Shown piece by piece: positions 20,661 to 30,419 of a stretch of 64,000 bases of DNA. This DNA comes from Candidatus Pelearchaeum maunauluense (GTDB lineage: Archaea; Thermoproteota; Nitrososphaeria_A; Caldarchaeales; Caldarchaeaceae). Numbering within the stretch: position 1 is the first letter of the stretch; each line of letters begins with the position of its first letter. Below the pieces are notes generated by a model. It had not been told where the DNA came from, made no database searches, and saw only the letters and a list, made by a program, of their open reading frames with translations. A program made the translations under genes and the position numbers. The stretch lies in NCBI GenBank assembly GCA_030059675.1, contig JANVYQ010000001.1, positions 224,001 through 288,000 of the forward strand. Direction: 5' to 3'.

Positions 20661-21676
20661 GGGCATTCCTAGCAACGACAGTGGGCGCATACCTAGCGTT
20701 CCACGGGCCGAATGCCCTGAAGTGGGCGATGAGAATCGGAGCAGCCTTCCTGATAATAGTTCTACTCTACTTCATAGCGGTCGTCTTCCTAGTCCATGGT
20801 GTAGAGAAGACCTTTGCGGCGCCTCCTCCAGAGCCGTTTGAAGACCCGCGATGGAGCATAGCCTCAGCTATTGAGTGGAACGTTGGTCTAGGATTCTCAT
20901 GGGCGTTCTGGTATGGCCAGTGGACGAGACTCGCTAAAACGGAGAGGACAGCCTACCACGGTACGCTGTGGGGCTGGGGCATACTTTCATGCACCGCGGG
21001 AATCTTTGCAGCGCTCACAGCAATAATAGTAGGCTCCTTCGACCCGACAGACTGGCTAGTCGCATCTCAGATAGCTGCTGTGCCAGTTATAGATCTGGCG
21101 ATGATAATCGTCGCTAACGTCAGCTCAATTGCGCTACTCATATACCCGATGTCAATAACGTTTAGGAGCAGGTTCCCCAATATCAAGTGGGGGTATGTCG
21201 TTGGCATAATGACACTCGGCGGTGTCTTGCTGGAGTTAATACCAGGTGTCTTTGACAGCTATGGCGTATACCTAGCGTACATAGCTCTGTTGACAGGAAT
21301 ATACGGCGGCGTAATGATAGGCGACTACCTACTCACACGCGGAACATACAAGCTTAGGGCACTGTACAATAGGTCTATAGGCTACAGATACGTTGGCGGC
21401 TTTAACCTCAACGCATTAATAGCTACAGTCGTAGCGGTTGCATTCTACCTATGGACTCTTGACCCACTGTCTTGGACGAGCGCGAACGGGCTATTCCCAC
21501 TCATAACAGCGGGAATACCGAGCTATTTCCTCGCTATGGTCCTCTATATCCTGCTGACTAAATCTGGAATCTTTGGCAAAGCAGGCGCATACATGCCAGG
21601 CAAGACGATTCCAACACCAGCCGCCGTAGCTGCGGTCAAAACACCAGACGCATCAATAGATGTAAAACGCTCCTAA
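20660..21676 (+). pseudogene. NCS1 (nucleobase:cation symporter-1, cytosine/allantoin/hydantoin permease), N-terminally truncated
   Basis: About 9 TM helices with WTRLAK, ANVSS, GVMIGDY and Y.Y.GGFN..AL; only ~335 aa, with the first helices absent. Confidence 0.7.
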
Positions 21677-21734
21677 AACCCTTTCTAAACCCCCTCCATA
21701 AATTTCCATATTTTTAGAAGACTATCCTATCATG

Positions 21735-22568
21735 TTAATAGAGTTCGGTTTTCGCCTTTGGATAAGAACCGAGAACCTTTAGAAATATTGCTTTCTTAGC
21801 AAGGGCCGATAATGCATCTTTGTAGGGCTCATCATCTTTATGGCCTTCAAAGTCTAGGAAGAAGTAGTACTCCCATGGTCTTTGGCGTGTTGGTCTTGAC
21901 TCTATCTTTGTTAGGTTTATTCCCCGTTTGGCGAACTCTTCTAGGGCGTGGTATAGTGAGCCTGGCGTATGGGGTAGTGAGAAGATTATCGACGTTTTAC
22001 AGTCGTTTTTAGTATCCGCATCACGCCTAGATATTACGAAGAAGCGTGTATAGTTTCTCCCATAGTCCTCTATCCCCTTAGCCAGTATCTTCATACCATA
22101 CATTTGTGCGGCTTTCTCACTGGCGATAGCGGCGGCATCTTTGAGTTGTTTTTCTTTAATTAGCTTCACGCTCCCAGCGGTGTCGTATGTTATCATTGTC
22201 TCCACTCCTAGTGATGCTAGAAAGCCTTTACACTGCGCTAGGGCCTGCGGATGCGAATATACTATTTTCACATCTCTCAGCTCTGTTGAGGGTAGGGCTA
22301 TGAGGCAGTGAATTATCCTTAGAGACACCTCGCCCACTACCTTTACGCTTGACGTTAGGAGCAGGTCATAGGTCTCGTATATGCTGCCCTCTATGGAGTT
22401 TTCAACTGGCACTACGCCATATTCTACTTCTTCCACCTCTGCCAGGTTAAAGACCTCGCGTATAGTTTTGCATGGTATCGTCTCTACTTCGGCTCCGAGG
22501 TATTGATGAACCGCCTCCTCGCTATAAGCGCCATGCTCCCCCTGGAAGGCTACGCGAGTTCTTTTCAA
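21735..22568 (-). CDS. pheA: Prephenate dehydratase with ACT domain
   Basis: AFQGEHGAYSE, PVENSIEGSI, SHPQALAQC, NYTRF, INLTKIESRP, LGSYP. Confidence 0.96.
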   Translation of the reverse strand: MKRTRVAFQGEHGAYSEEAVHQYLGAEVETIPCKTIREVFNLAEVEEVEYGVVPVENSIEGSIYETYDLLLTSSVKVVGEVSLRIIHCLIALPSTELRDVKIVYSHPQALAQCKGFLASLGVETMITYDTAGSVKLIKEKQLKDAAAIASEKAAQMYGMKILAKGIEDYGRNYTRFFVISRRDADTKNDCKTSIIFSLPHTPGSLYHALEEFAKRGINLTKIESRPTRQRPWEYYFFLDFEGHKDDEPYKDALSALAKKAIFLKVLGSYPKAKTELY

Positions 22569-22674
22569 CGCCTTTTCCCACCTAGTTGGGTTACGTCCTG
22601 TTTAATAATATGAAGAAGGCTGGAAAGCTATATAACTTGACTTACGCGGCGTATGAGAATACGTTTCGCTGGTC

Positions 22675-22926
22675 TTGGGGTGCTACGTGATGGTGAAGAA
22701 TGATCAACAGGAATATTCATGCGACCCTGAAACTGCTCTTGATTTGCTAATAGCTGAGCGTGGTAGGGTGTTGGAGGAGTATGGCGGCTTTATAATAGAG
22801 GTGATAGACCAGCGTGGCTTTCCCTGGCCTGATGTCATACGGATACTCCTGAGGATTAACCATGAGGTTTGGATTGAGGAGCGTGAGGGGAAGCTCTACA
22901 TAATCTCTAAGCCGAAGGCAGATTAG
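22675..22926 (+). CDS. Small hypothetical protein
   Basis: Clean 83-aa ORF filling the intergenic gap, preceded by a TATA-like tatataa. Confidence 0.55.
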   Translation: MGCYVMVKNDQQEYSCDPETALDLLIAERGRVLEEYGGFIIEVIDQRGFPWPDVIRILLRINHEVWIEEREGKLYIISKPKAD

Positions 22927-24320
22927 CCAGCCATTAGGGGGACCTGTAGATATAGTAGGATGAGGGCTACCGAGAATGTTGGTATTGCTACAATAGAGCC
23001 GACTTTAACCCATTCCAGTAGTGATATATGCCCCATACGCTGTCTCTCTATAAGCCCTACAGCAACGATGCCAGCCGTGCTCCCTATGTACGTGAGCGTT
23101 CCTGTGAATGTCCCCCCGAAGAGGAGAACCCACCATAGGGGATGGATGTTCATCCCAGCGTCACCCATCCCCTCAACTATGGGGATCCAGAGCGTTACTG
23201 CGAGGACGTTATCCATGAAGGCTGACATGAATCCCATAGTCCAGCCTGTGAAGAGGAAGGTTGTCAGGAAGTCTCCCCCGCCTATCGCTACTAATGTGTT
23301 GGAGAATACATCGGTTACTCCCGTGAATTGGAGAGCGCCGACAGACGCGAAGAGGAGTAGGAAGAAGCTTAGGGTCCACCAATCCACGCGGCGCTCAAGT
23401 AGTTCGCGCGCCTTTCCACGCTCCATCAACAGAGCTATGCCAGCCGCTATTACGGCGACACCTATGAGCATGGTGTTCTTCTCAAGCCCCAGTATAGCTT
23501 CTATCTGGGTGTGAAATATAAGCCCGGCCAGAGTTCCTAGGAAGAGGAGCGTGGGGCCAAGCCCAAGCTTTGATCTCTGCGCCGAGCCGCTCTCAACACC
23601 CGCGATAGCTACCTGCGCTTTCATCTTGGCGTCCATCTCAGCAAGGTAGCGGCGGAAATAGAGCTGGGTGATTGCCATGCACATCAAAAGACCAATTATT
23701 GATATTGGGGTTGCCCAGCGGAGAAAGTCAAAGAAGCTGAGCTTGGCCTTAAGCGCTATGATTACTCCTATCGGATTGCCCACTACTGTGGCGCTACTTC
23801 CTATTATCGTGGCGAATACACTCATCATAATTAGGGGTATTATTGATATGCCCAGTCTAGTAGCTAGGTGTATTGCGGCTGAGCTTATGAAGAGGATTGA
23901 AGTAACCTCATCCACCAACGCCGCCGAGAGTGCTGCCATAGCCATGAGCAGCACGACAGTCTTTCTAGCACTACCGCCAGCTAGACGCAGTATCTTGTCC
24001 AGTATAGCTTCAAAGAAACGCCGCTCCTCAAGAAAACCAACCACCGTCATCATGCTTATTAGGAATATGATTATGTCAAGCCCCGCGGATTTTATGAACT
24101 GCTCAATATCCATAACCCCTGCCGCAAAGAGCGCTCCAAGCCCTAGCAATGTGAAGACTACCCTAAATCTCCAGTAGAGTAGCGCTCCTAGTATGATCGC
24201 TGTGAATATGGTGATGGAGAAGATTTGCTCCCGCGCGAAGCCTGCTACAAATGACGCTGTAGCCGTGAATGCCAGAATAGCTACGTATGCAACTGCGCGC
24301 GGAGCTTGAGCCATTCCCAA
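22923..24320 (-). CDS. ArsB/NhaD (IT superfamily) ion transporter, paralogue 1
   Basis: About 12 TM helices; LVDEVTSI, GSSATVVGNPIG, VDWWTL.FF, SAFMDNV, IGSTAG. Confidence 0.85.
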   Translation of the reverse strand: MGMAQAPRAVAYVAILAFTATASFVAGFAREQIFSITIFTAIILGALLYWRFRVVFTLLGLGALFAAGVMDIEQFIKSAGLDIIIFLISMMTVVGFLEERRFFEAILDKILRLAGGSARKTVVLLMAMAALSAALVDEVTSILFISSAAIHLATRLGISIIPLIMMSVFATIIGSSATVVGNPIGVIIALKAKLSFFDFLRWATPISIIGLLMCMAITQLYFRRYLAEMDAKMKAQVAIAGVESGSAQRSKLGLGPTLLFLGTLAGLIFHTQIEAILGLEKNTMLIGVAVIAAGIALLMERGKARELLERRVDWWTLSFFLLLFASVGALQFTGVTDVFSNTLVAIGGGDFLTTFLFTGWTMGFMSAFMDNVLAVTLWIPIVEGMGDAGMNIHPLWWVLLFGGTFTGTLTYIGSTAGIVAVGLIERQRMGHISLLEWVKVGSIVAIPTFSVALILLYLQVPLMAG

Positions 24321-24429
24321 TACACCTCATATATTCCATAGCCATCAGGAGGAACGCTTCCCCTCCAAAGGAGGAGGAAGAGAGGACGTAGTACTCCGCT
24401 ATTCCACTAGGATATGAGTCTTACTACGC

Positions 24430-25824
24430 TTAGGGCATGAGCGGTATCTGGATGTAGAGTAGGATTAGCGAGAGTAGGAAGGTCGTGAAGGAGACCAAAG
24501 CGCCGACGACAATCCAGTCGCGCATGGTTACGTGGGCTACTCTCTCGCGCTCCACCATGCCTACAGCCACGATGTTGGCCGTGCTGCCTATTATCGTGAG
24601 ATTCCCCATCAGCGTTCTAGCGAAGAGCATAGCCCACCATAACGGGAAGACATTGAAGCCAAACTCTCCAATTGACTTGACTATCGGAATCCATAGAGCC
24701 ACAGCGAGCACGTTATCCATGAACGCCGTCATGAATCCAACAGTCCATCCGACAAGCATGTAAGTGCTGAAGAACTCTCCCCCGCTGAGGCTGAAGATTG
24801 ACTCTGACATTAGCTGCGCTACTCCCGTGAATTCCAGTGTCCCTACGGTGGCGAAGAAGAGGAAGAAGAAGCTTAGGGTCCACCAATCCACGCGGCGCTC
24901 AGTAAATTCGCGCGCCCTATCCTTGAGTAGGAAGAGCACTATCCCAGCGAATATTACTGGAACGCCTACGAGCATAGTGTCCCGCTCCAGTCCTAGAGCA
25001 TCTTCCAACGGGCTGTGCATCACAAGCCCAGCAACCATACCGCCAAAGATTAGGAGGGAGAGCCAGTCAATCTTGTTTGGATTCTCGCTGGAGGCCGTCT
25101 TTTTCACAATCTTCTCAGCATGATACTGTTTAAGCCTCTCATCCATCTCGCGGATATAGCCGCGGTAGTATAGTAGGCAGAGTAATATCGTAAGCGCTAG
25201 CGTCGCGGCTGATATTGGTGCTGCCCAACGTATGAAGTCTAGGAACGTTAGGCCTGCTCTCAGCGCTATTAAGACTCCTATCGGGTTGCCGATTACTGTG
25301 GCGTTGCTCCCTACGTTGGTTGCGAAGACGGACATAATGAGGAGCGGGACTACAGGAAGCCTAAGCCTCCCCGTTAAGTGTATAACTGTTGCCATGACGA
25401 ATAATATGGACGTTACCTCGCCCACCAAGGCTGACGCGACAGCCGCCATGACCATGAGTAAGGCGATAAGCTTCCTCGCGTTTGCGCCAGCAACAACTAT
25501 AAGCTTCTCCAAGAGGGCTTCAAAGAAACGCCGCTCCTCCAGGAAGCCTATGACCATCATCATGGCTATCAGGAAGAGTATTATGTCAAAGCCCGCGGAT
25601 TCTATGAAGTGTTCTATGTCAAGTAGGCCTGCTCCGAATAGTATTCCTATCCCCACCAAAGCGAATGCTACGCGGAATCTCCAGTAGAGTAGGGCGCCCA
25701 TTATTATTGCCACGAATGCTGTTAGTGCGATTGACTGACGCGGGATTACTCCAAGACCTGTTGAAACTAGGCCGACCAGCGCTACGACAGCCATGTATGC
25801 TGCTACCTTCCTGACATCAGCCAA
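24430..25824 (-). CDS. ArsB/NhaD (IT superfamily) ion transporter, paralogue 2
   Basis: Same motifs as 22923..24320: GSNATVIGNPIG, VDWWTL, MDNV, GNLTIIGSTANIV. Confidence 0.85.
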   Translation of the reverse strand: MADVRKVAAYMAVVALVGLVSTGLGVIPRQSIALTAFVAIIMGALLYWRFRVAFALVGIGILFGAGLLDIEHFIESAGFDIILFLIAMMMVIGFLEERRFFEALLEKLIVVAGANARKLIALLMVMAAVASALVGEVTSILFVMATVIHLTGRLRLPVVPLLIMSVFATNVGSNATVIGNPIGVLIALRAGLTFLDFIRWAAPISAATLALTILLCLLYYRGYIREMDERLKQYHAEKIVKKTASSENPNKIDWLSLLIFGGMVAGLVMHSPLEDALGLERDTMLVGVPVIFAGIVLFLLKDRAREFTERRVDWWTLSFFFLFFATVGTLEFTGVAQLMSESIFSLSGGEFFSTYMLVGWTVGFMTAFMDNVLAVALWIPIVKSIGEFGFNVFPLWWAMLFARTLMGNLTIIGSTANIVAVGMVERERVAHVTMRDWIVVGALVSFTTFLLSLILLYIQIPLMP

Positions 25825-25900
25825 GGCGTATGTACACCACTAGTTTTTGGATACCTGCAAATCGCGTTTATACGATAAGATAAGTTTACCTAATAGCATG

Positions 25901-27997
25901 TCAGCGTATCTGTATTCTGGCGAAGTCCGTCTCCTCAAGTATCTTCCTGAATGGCCTTCCAGCTCCGTCATAGAACTTTGTAAAGAACTCGTAGAGGTGA
26001 AGCCTGAGAGCCTGGATGAAGGCTAGGAGCCCTTCTAGGAGCATTATCCCGATATTGCCCAGTATTAGCGCAGGTATTGAGGCTGGCCCCAGAGCTTCCC
26101 ACGCGTTGTTGAGGAGCAGGAGCAACGCTATATGGACTATCAGCAGTATCGTAAGTCGTGCATAGGAGATTGTATTGGAGAGGAACTGTATGACGTTCTC
26201 CATAAGCTCCAGCATTCCCTGGCCCATCGCAGCGCTGAATGAGATTTTATGAGCCTTGTCGGCGAGGCCATATAGATACCTGCCAAACATTATTACGAAC
26301 ATGCAGGCAGCTGCGCCTACAACTCCCATCGTGCCTACTATGTATGTTGGTACTCCTATGAACGGGGCTGGCTCTGTGCTGCTCATTATTCCTTCAATCC
26401 TACCACCAGCGCCGAAGAATGCCAGGGCGAAGAATATCCCGAAGACATACATTATTAGTGTTGGAAGCCTTGAGGTGAGAGCCTCAACCTTCTCCCCAGC
26501 TTTGAGGAACTTCACCACGCTAAGGGCGTAGCCTACCATTAGATGGACTACGCCTAGCACTATTGTGAAGAGCAGTAGGCGTTGGACTTCGGTTATGCTG
26601 AACTGCTTCGCTCCCTCCGCCTCTTCTACTAGGTGTAGTATCTGGGGGGAGCCTATGTATTTGCCGAGAGGGAATCCAAATACCTCGCCTATGAGAAAGC
26701 CGCCCACAGCCGCAGACGCTCCCAGAAGGGTTAGGAGCTGGCCCCAGAGCCTTATCCTACCGCGTGTTCTACTAGCCATGAATAGGCCGAAGAGCAGCAA
26801 GACAAGCCCCTGTCCAAAATCTGCAAACATAATGCCGTAGAAGATTGAGAAGAATATCGCCACGAAAGGGGTTGGGTCAACCTCAAAGTATCCTGGCAAT
26901 CCCTGGATTAATGTGATGTTCTCAAACGGCTTCTGTGGTGCTGGGTATTTTACGAGTGAGGGTGGGTCTTCTTCTGTTTCGTGGCTTTTATGTCCGTCGT
27001 GATGGTGGTGATGTGCTCCTGGCTCGCGTGAGAATACGGGATAGCGGCTGCTGAAGGTATTGATGAACTGCTCATATCTGTTTTTGGGTATGTAGCCTTT
27101 GATAACAGCGAATCGTTTGAGCGGGCCTCCCCCACCTAGGCTATGCACCGCATTCTTAAGAGTGTAGTAGCTATCCCGTAGCGAGATTATCCTAACAGCC
27201 TCCTTCTCAGAGACCTCACGAAGACGGGCTTCTATCTTGTTTAACTCCTCCTCAAGCTTAGCCACTTCATCGGATACGCGCTTATACGCTTCTGCTGGTT
27301 TTCGGGGAAAGTCTGGTGGGAGCGTGAATGGACTAATACCAAGCCCGCGTAGCGTTTTTTCTATCTTCTCACCCAGCTTCTTACTACATACTATGAGGAC
27401 CGCGCTCTGCGTTGGGGTGAGCGGGAACTCAAGCACGGCAGCCTCCTGCAAGGCGCGTGAAAGCTCAGCAACATCCTTTGACGGGGCTAGAGCAAAGACC
27501 GCATAGAAGCGGCGCATACGAGCCAGAGAATCAAGGTCTACATCAACATTAGAGAGAAAACTGAGGGCAGCGAGAAGTGTCTTAAGCTCGCCTAACCTCT
27601 CATTAATCTGCTTTCTCCTGCTTACAAGCATGTTAAGCTCCTCTATGAGCGGCTTAGCTTCTGCGTCAAGCTTTTCAAGGAGCTTCCTAATGTCATCTGC
27701 CGTGTATTCGCGTTGTTCTATACGCGTCTTGCCCATGAGCTGGTTTATTACCCCGAGCCCCTCGCGGAGACCCAGCTCTTGGATTAGGACCTCCAGCGGT
27801 ATGTAGCCCCTCTCGGCTGCCTGCTCAAGCTCGCGGAGAACAGGGTCTCCAGCGCCCTCTATTCTTATTGGATGGAACTCCTCAAAGCGGTAAAGCTCCC
27901 TAAGAGCATCTTCCAGCTCGCGGCGCGGGACGATGAGCGTAACCTCGGTGACAGGTATTAGCCCCAAGACCTTCTGCCCCGCAACTGAATTACTCAC
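25901..27997 (-). CDS. atpI: A/V-type ATP synthase subunit I (a)
   Basis: P.Y.EVDPTP, YGIMFADFGQG, SNTISYARL (essential Arg), IQALRLHLYEFFTKFY.G.GRPF. Confidence 0.95.
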   Translation of the reverse strand: MSNSVAGQKVLGLIPVTEVTLIVPRRELEDALRELYRFEEFHPIRIEGAGDPVLRELEQAAERGYIPLEVLIQELGLREGLGVINQLMGKTRIEQREYTADDIRKLLEKLDAEAKPLIEELNMLVSRRKQINERLGELKTLLAALSFLSNVDVDLDSLARMRRFYAVFALAPSKDVAELSRALQEAAVLEFPLTPTQSAVLIVCSKKLGEKIEKTLRGLGISPFTLPPDFPRKPAEAYKRVSDEVAKLEEELNKIEARLREVSEKEAVRIISLRDSYYTLKNAVHSLGGGGPLKRFAVIKGYIPKNRYEQFINTFSSRYPVFSREPGAHHHHHDGHKSHETEEDPPSLVKYPAPQKPFENITLIQGLPGYFEVDPTPFVAIFFSIFYGIMFADFGQGLVLLLFGLFMASRTRGRIRLWGQLLTLLGASAAVGGFLIGEVFGFPLGKYIGSPQILHLVEEAEGAKQFSITEVQRLLLFTIVLGVVHLMVGYALSVVKFLKAGEKVEALTSRLPTLIMYVFGIFFALAFFGAGGRIEGIMSSTEPAPFIGVPTYIVGTMGVVGAAACMFVIMFGRYLYGLADKAHKISFSAAMGQGMLELMENVIQFLSNTISYARLTILLIVHIALLLLLNNAWEALGPASIPALILGNIGIMLLEGLLAFIQALRLHLYEFFTKFYDGAGRPFRKILEETDFARIQIR

Positions 27998-28018
27998 GAT
28001 ATAAATCCATCTCAGTTC

Positions 28019-28975
28019 CTATACGTAGTCGGAGCGGCTTACTATGTTGTGTGGTGTCTCGCCCTTGAGGAAGCGTACAACATTCTCGGCGGCAAGCCTG
28101 AGCATGGTAAACCAGACTTCATCATTACCCAAGCCCCCAGCAACCCAGGGCGTTCCTATGACGTTCTTGAAGCGCGTTATCTCGGCATCCTCGGCGAATC
28201 GCTCCTTGTGATGCCACCAAACATCACTCGCAAACCTAAACTCTGGATTGGCTCTCAAGAATTCTATAAGGTCATCCCGTTTAACCAGGTCTGCGCGCGC
28301 TATATTGACAAGTATAGCGTCCTTCTTCATCAGCTCAAGCCTCCGCTTATCTATCATCCAGCGTGTATGCTTCGTTAATGGGGCGGCCAGAACTACAATA
28401 TCACTCTCGCTCAACACCTTGTCTATTGCTTCTGGGCCTCCTACAAAGTCGCATTCAAGCGAGGATTTGCCAGAGCGCGTGGTAGCCATTACCCGCATCT
28501 TGAACGCTCTAGCCACCTCCGCTATCCGCCTGCCTATAGAGCCCATGCCGATTATCCCTATAGTAAGCCCCGCGAGGCTGCGTACTCCAGGGCTTGAGTC
28601 GTAAATCCCCTTCCGCATATTAGCGGCGTGTATGTGGAGGTTCTTCATCTCGGCCAAGATGAGCGCCCAGGCATGCTCTGCAACAGCATCAGAGTTGGAG
28701 CCAGCGTTGCTGCATACCATCACGTTCTCAGGAATCTCGCCCCAGGGAAGGGCATCAACACCAGCAGCTACAGACTGTATCAGCCTAAGCTTCTTCATCT
28801 TACGAAGATGCTCGGCATTAAGATAGAAGCAGAGTACGATATCAACCTCTGGGAGAATCTTCTCAAGCTCTGGTGAGTCTTTTTGATAAACGCTGCCATG
28901 CTTGCTGAGTAGCGCCTCAACATCGTCGTGGAGCTTAACATAAGATAGGATTACAGGCTTCTCCATAATCCACAT
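28019..28975 (-). CDS. D-isomer-specific 2-hydroxyacid dehydrogenase
   Basis: AGVD, AVAEHA, GIIGMGSIG, PLTKHT, LVNIARA, TPWVAG. Confidence 0.9.
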   Translation of the reverse strand: MWIMEKPVILSYVKLHDDVEALLSKHGSVYQKDSPELEKILPEVDIVLCFYLNAEHLRKMKKLRLIQSVAAGVDALPWGEIPENVMVCSNAGSNSDAVAEHAWALILAEMKNLHIHAANMRKGIYDSSPGVRSLAGLTIGIIGMGSIGRRIAEVARAFKMRVMATTRSGKSSLECDFVGGPEAIDKVLSESDIVVLAAPLTKHTRWMIDKRRLELMKKDAILVNIARADLVKRDDLIEFLRANPEFRFASDVWWHHKERFAEDAEITRFKNVIGTPWVAGGLGNDEVWFTMLRLAAENVVRFLKGETPHNIVSRSDYV

Positions 28976-29014
28976 GAGGGGGAGAATACGCGGATTATTA
29001 AATCTCCCCCGCGC

Positions 29015-29593
29015 CTAGCCGCCCATTGTTTCAGAGGGCTCTGGGTAGATTACCTCGGTAACAAGCTTAGAGCTGCAGAAGACGCAGTACACGACGACCT
29101 TGGCGCAGTCTATATGGTAGCGCGCGCCACAGCTGCATTCCACGTACATATCAGCCTCTTCCTGCGGTCTTGAGGGGAGGCGCGGCCTTATCGCCTTGCT
29201 GCAGTAGCCGCATATCCTATGTAGAGCCAGTATGTCGCGCTGGGTGAATATTCCGATGACCTTACCAGCTTCGGTAGCTATGAGGCGGCGTATCTTCTTC
29301 CTACTCATCAGCTCTGCAGCCTCCTCTAGCGTTGCGTTGGCGTCTATGGTGATTAGGGGGCTACTCATTATATCGCGTACCTTCACGCTACCTGGTGAGA
29401 GCCCCCTAGCGGTAACTTTCTTGAGCATATCACGTTCAGTAACCACTCCTACGGGCTTGCCCTTCTCCGTAACGAGAAGCCCGCCTATGTCATTCTCAAC
29501 CATAAGCTTGGCAGCCTTCTCAACGGAGGCATCAACATCCACACTAACTACTTCGCGGACAACCACATCCCTTACGCGAGCATTTATCCACAT
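29015..29593 (-). CDS. CBS-pair protein with C-terminal Cys/His zinc-finger-like domain
   Basis: Two CBS repeats, then CGYC..CSC..YHIDC..CVFC; start placed at ATG 29593. Confidence 0.8.
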   Translation of the reverse strand: MWINARVRDVVVREVVSVDVDASVEKAAKLMVENDIGGLLVTEKGKPVGVVTERDMLKKVTARGLSPGSVKVRDIMSSPLITIDANATLEEAAELMSRKKIRRLIATEAGKVIGIFTQRDILALHRICGYCSKAIRPRLPSRPQEEADMYVECSCGARYHIDCAKVVVYCVFCSSKLVTEVIYPEPSETMGG

Positions 29594-29679
29594 GATTGTG
29601 GAAAACCCCAGCGGAGTTAAGATATAAAACATTTCCGAAGAATAATCAATCAAAACCATCAATCACCCGAAAATTATGA

Positions 29680-30374
29680 ATGTTTAAGAACGGCCAAGAG
29701 ATGGATTGGTTGAGAGCCTGTATAATGAGCATAGATATTGAAGACATAATTAAGAGAGCTGTCACCGCCGCGAGAACCGAAGAGCTCCGCATGATGGCTG
29801 AAGCCGTTAAGTCATTAGCCGAGTATATGCGCGACGGCTTCCAAAAGATTAACCAACGATTAGAGGAGAACTCAAAGATACTCGCAGAACACTCAAACAG
29901 CTAGAGGTTCATTCAAGACAGTTAGAGGCCCATTCAAGGTATCTTGAGAGACTCGTCAACGAGGTGGGTGGATTGAAGACCATGTTAGGCTCCTTTACGT
30001 CTAGGTCTGGTGTCCATATGGAGAGAATGGTGCTGGAGCTTCTTAGAAAAACGCTCCTAGAACGTGTGGCTATTGATGTGGATAGTATTGAAAAGCGGAG
30101 CTTCGTAGATGAGCGTGGTGAGCTTGTTCAAGAATGCCACAAGATAGAGATAGATATCTACATGACGGACAAGCAAGCTTATGCGCTGGAAGTTAAAACG
30201 CTTGTCGAGAGCAAGGATGTGGATTGGATTGTAGCTAAAAAGAGGTTCTTGGAGCGTAGTTATAATATGCGCGCTAGGTGGCTTATTGTGGCTTCGGCGA
30301 TAACGCAAGAAGCGTATATGAAGGCTATTAAGGGGGGTATTGAGGTTGTCTGCAGGAGTATAGTGGGCGAGTAG
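29680..30374 (+). pseudogene. Archaeal coiled-coil (heptad repeat) + PD-(D/E)XK-like protein, frameshifted at ~29897
   Basis: 21-bp repeats cagctagaggttcattcaaga / cagttagaggcccattcaagg; C-terminal IEIDIY...ALEVKT motif. Confidence 0.75.
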
Positions 30375-30419
30375 GGCGCGTCGAATATTAATATATGGAA
30401 ACGCTTTCTGGTTGTCGCT

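Noticed and set aside
22960-25687. Long antisense ORFs opposite membrane-protein genes (also 48385..48981, 57570..58079 and others)
   Set aside because: These are shadow frames of well-supported genes on the other strand, with no independent motifs.
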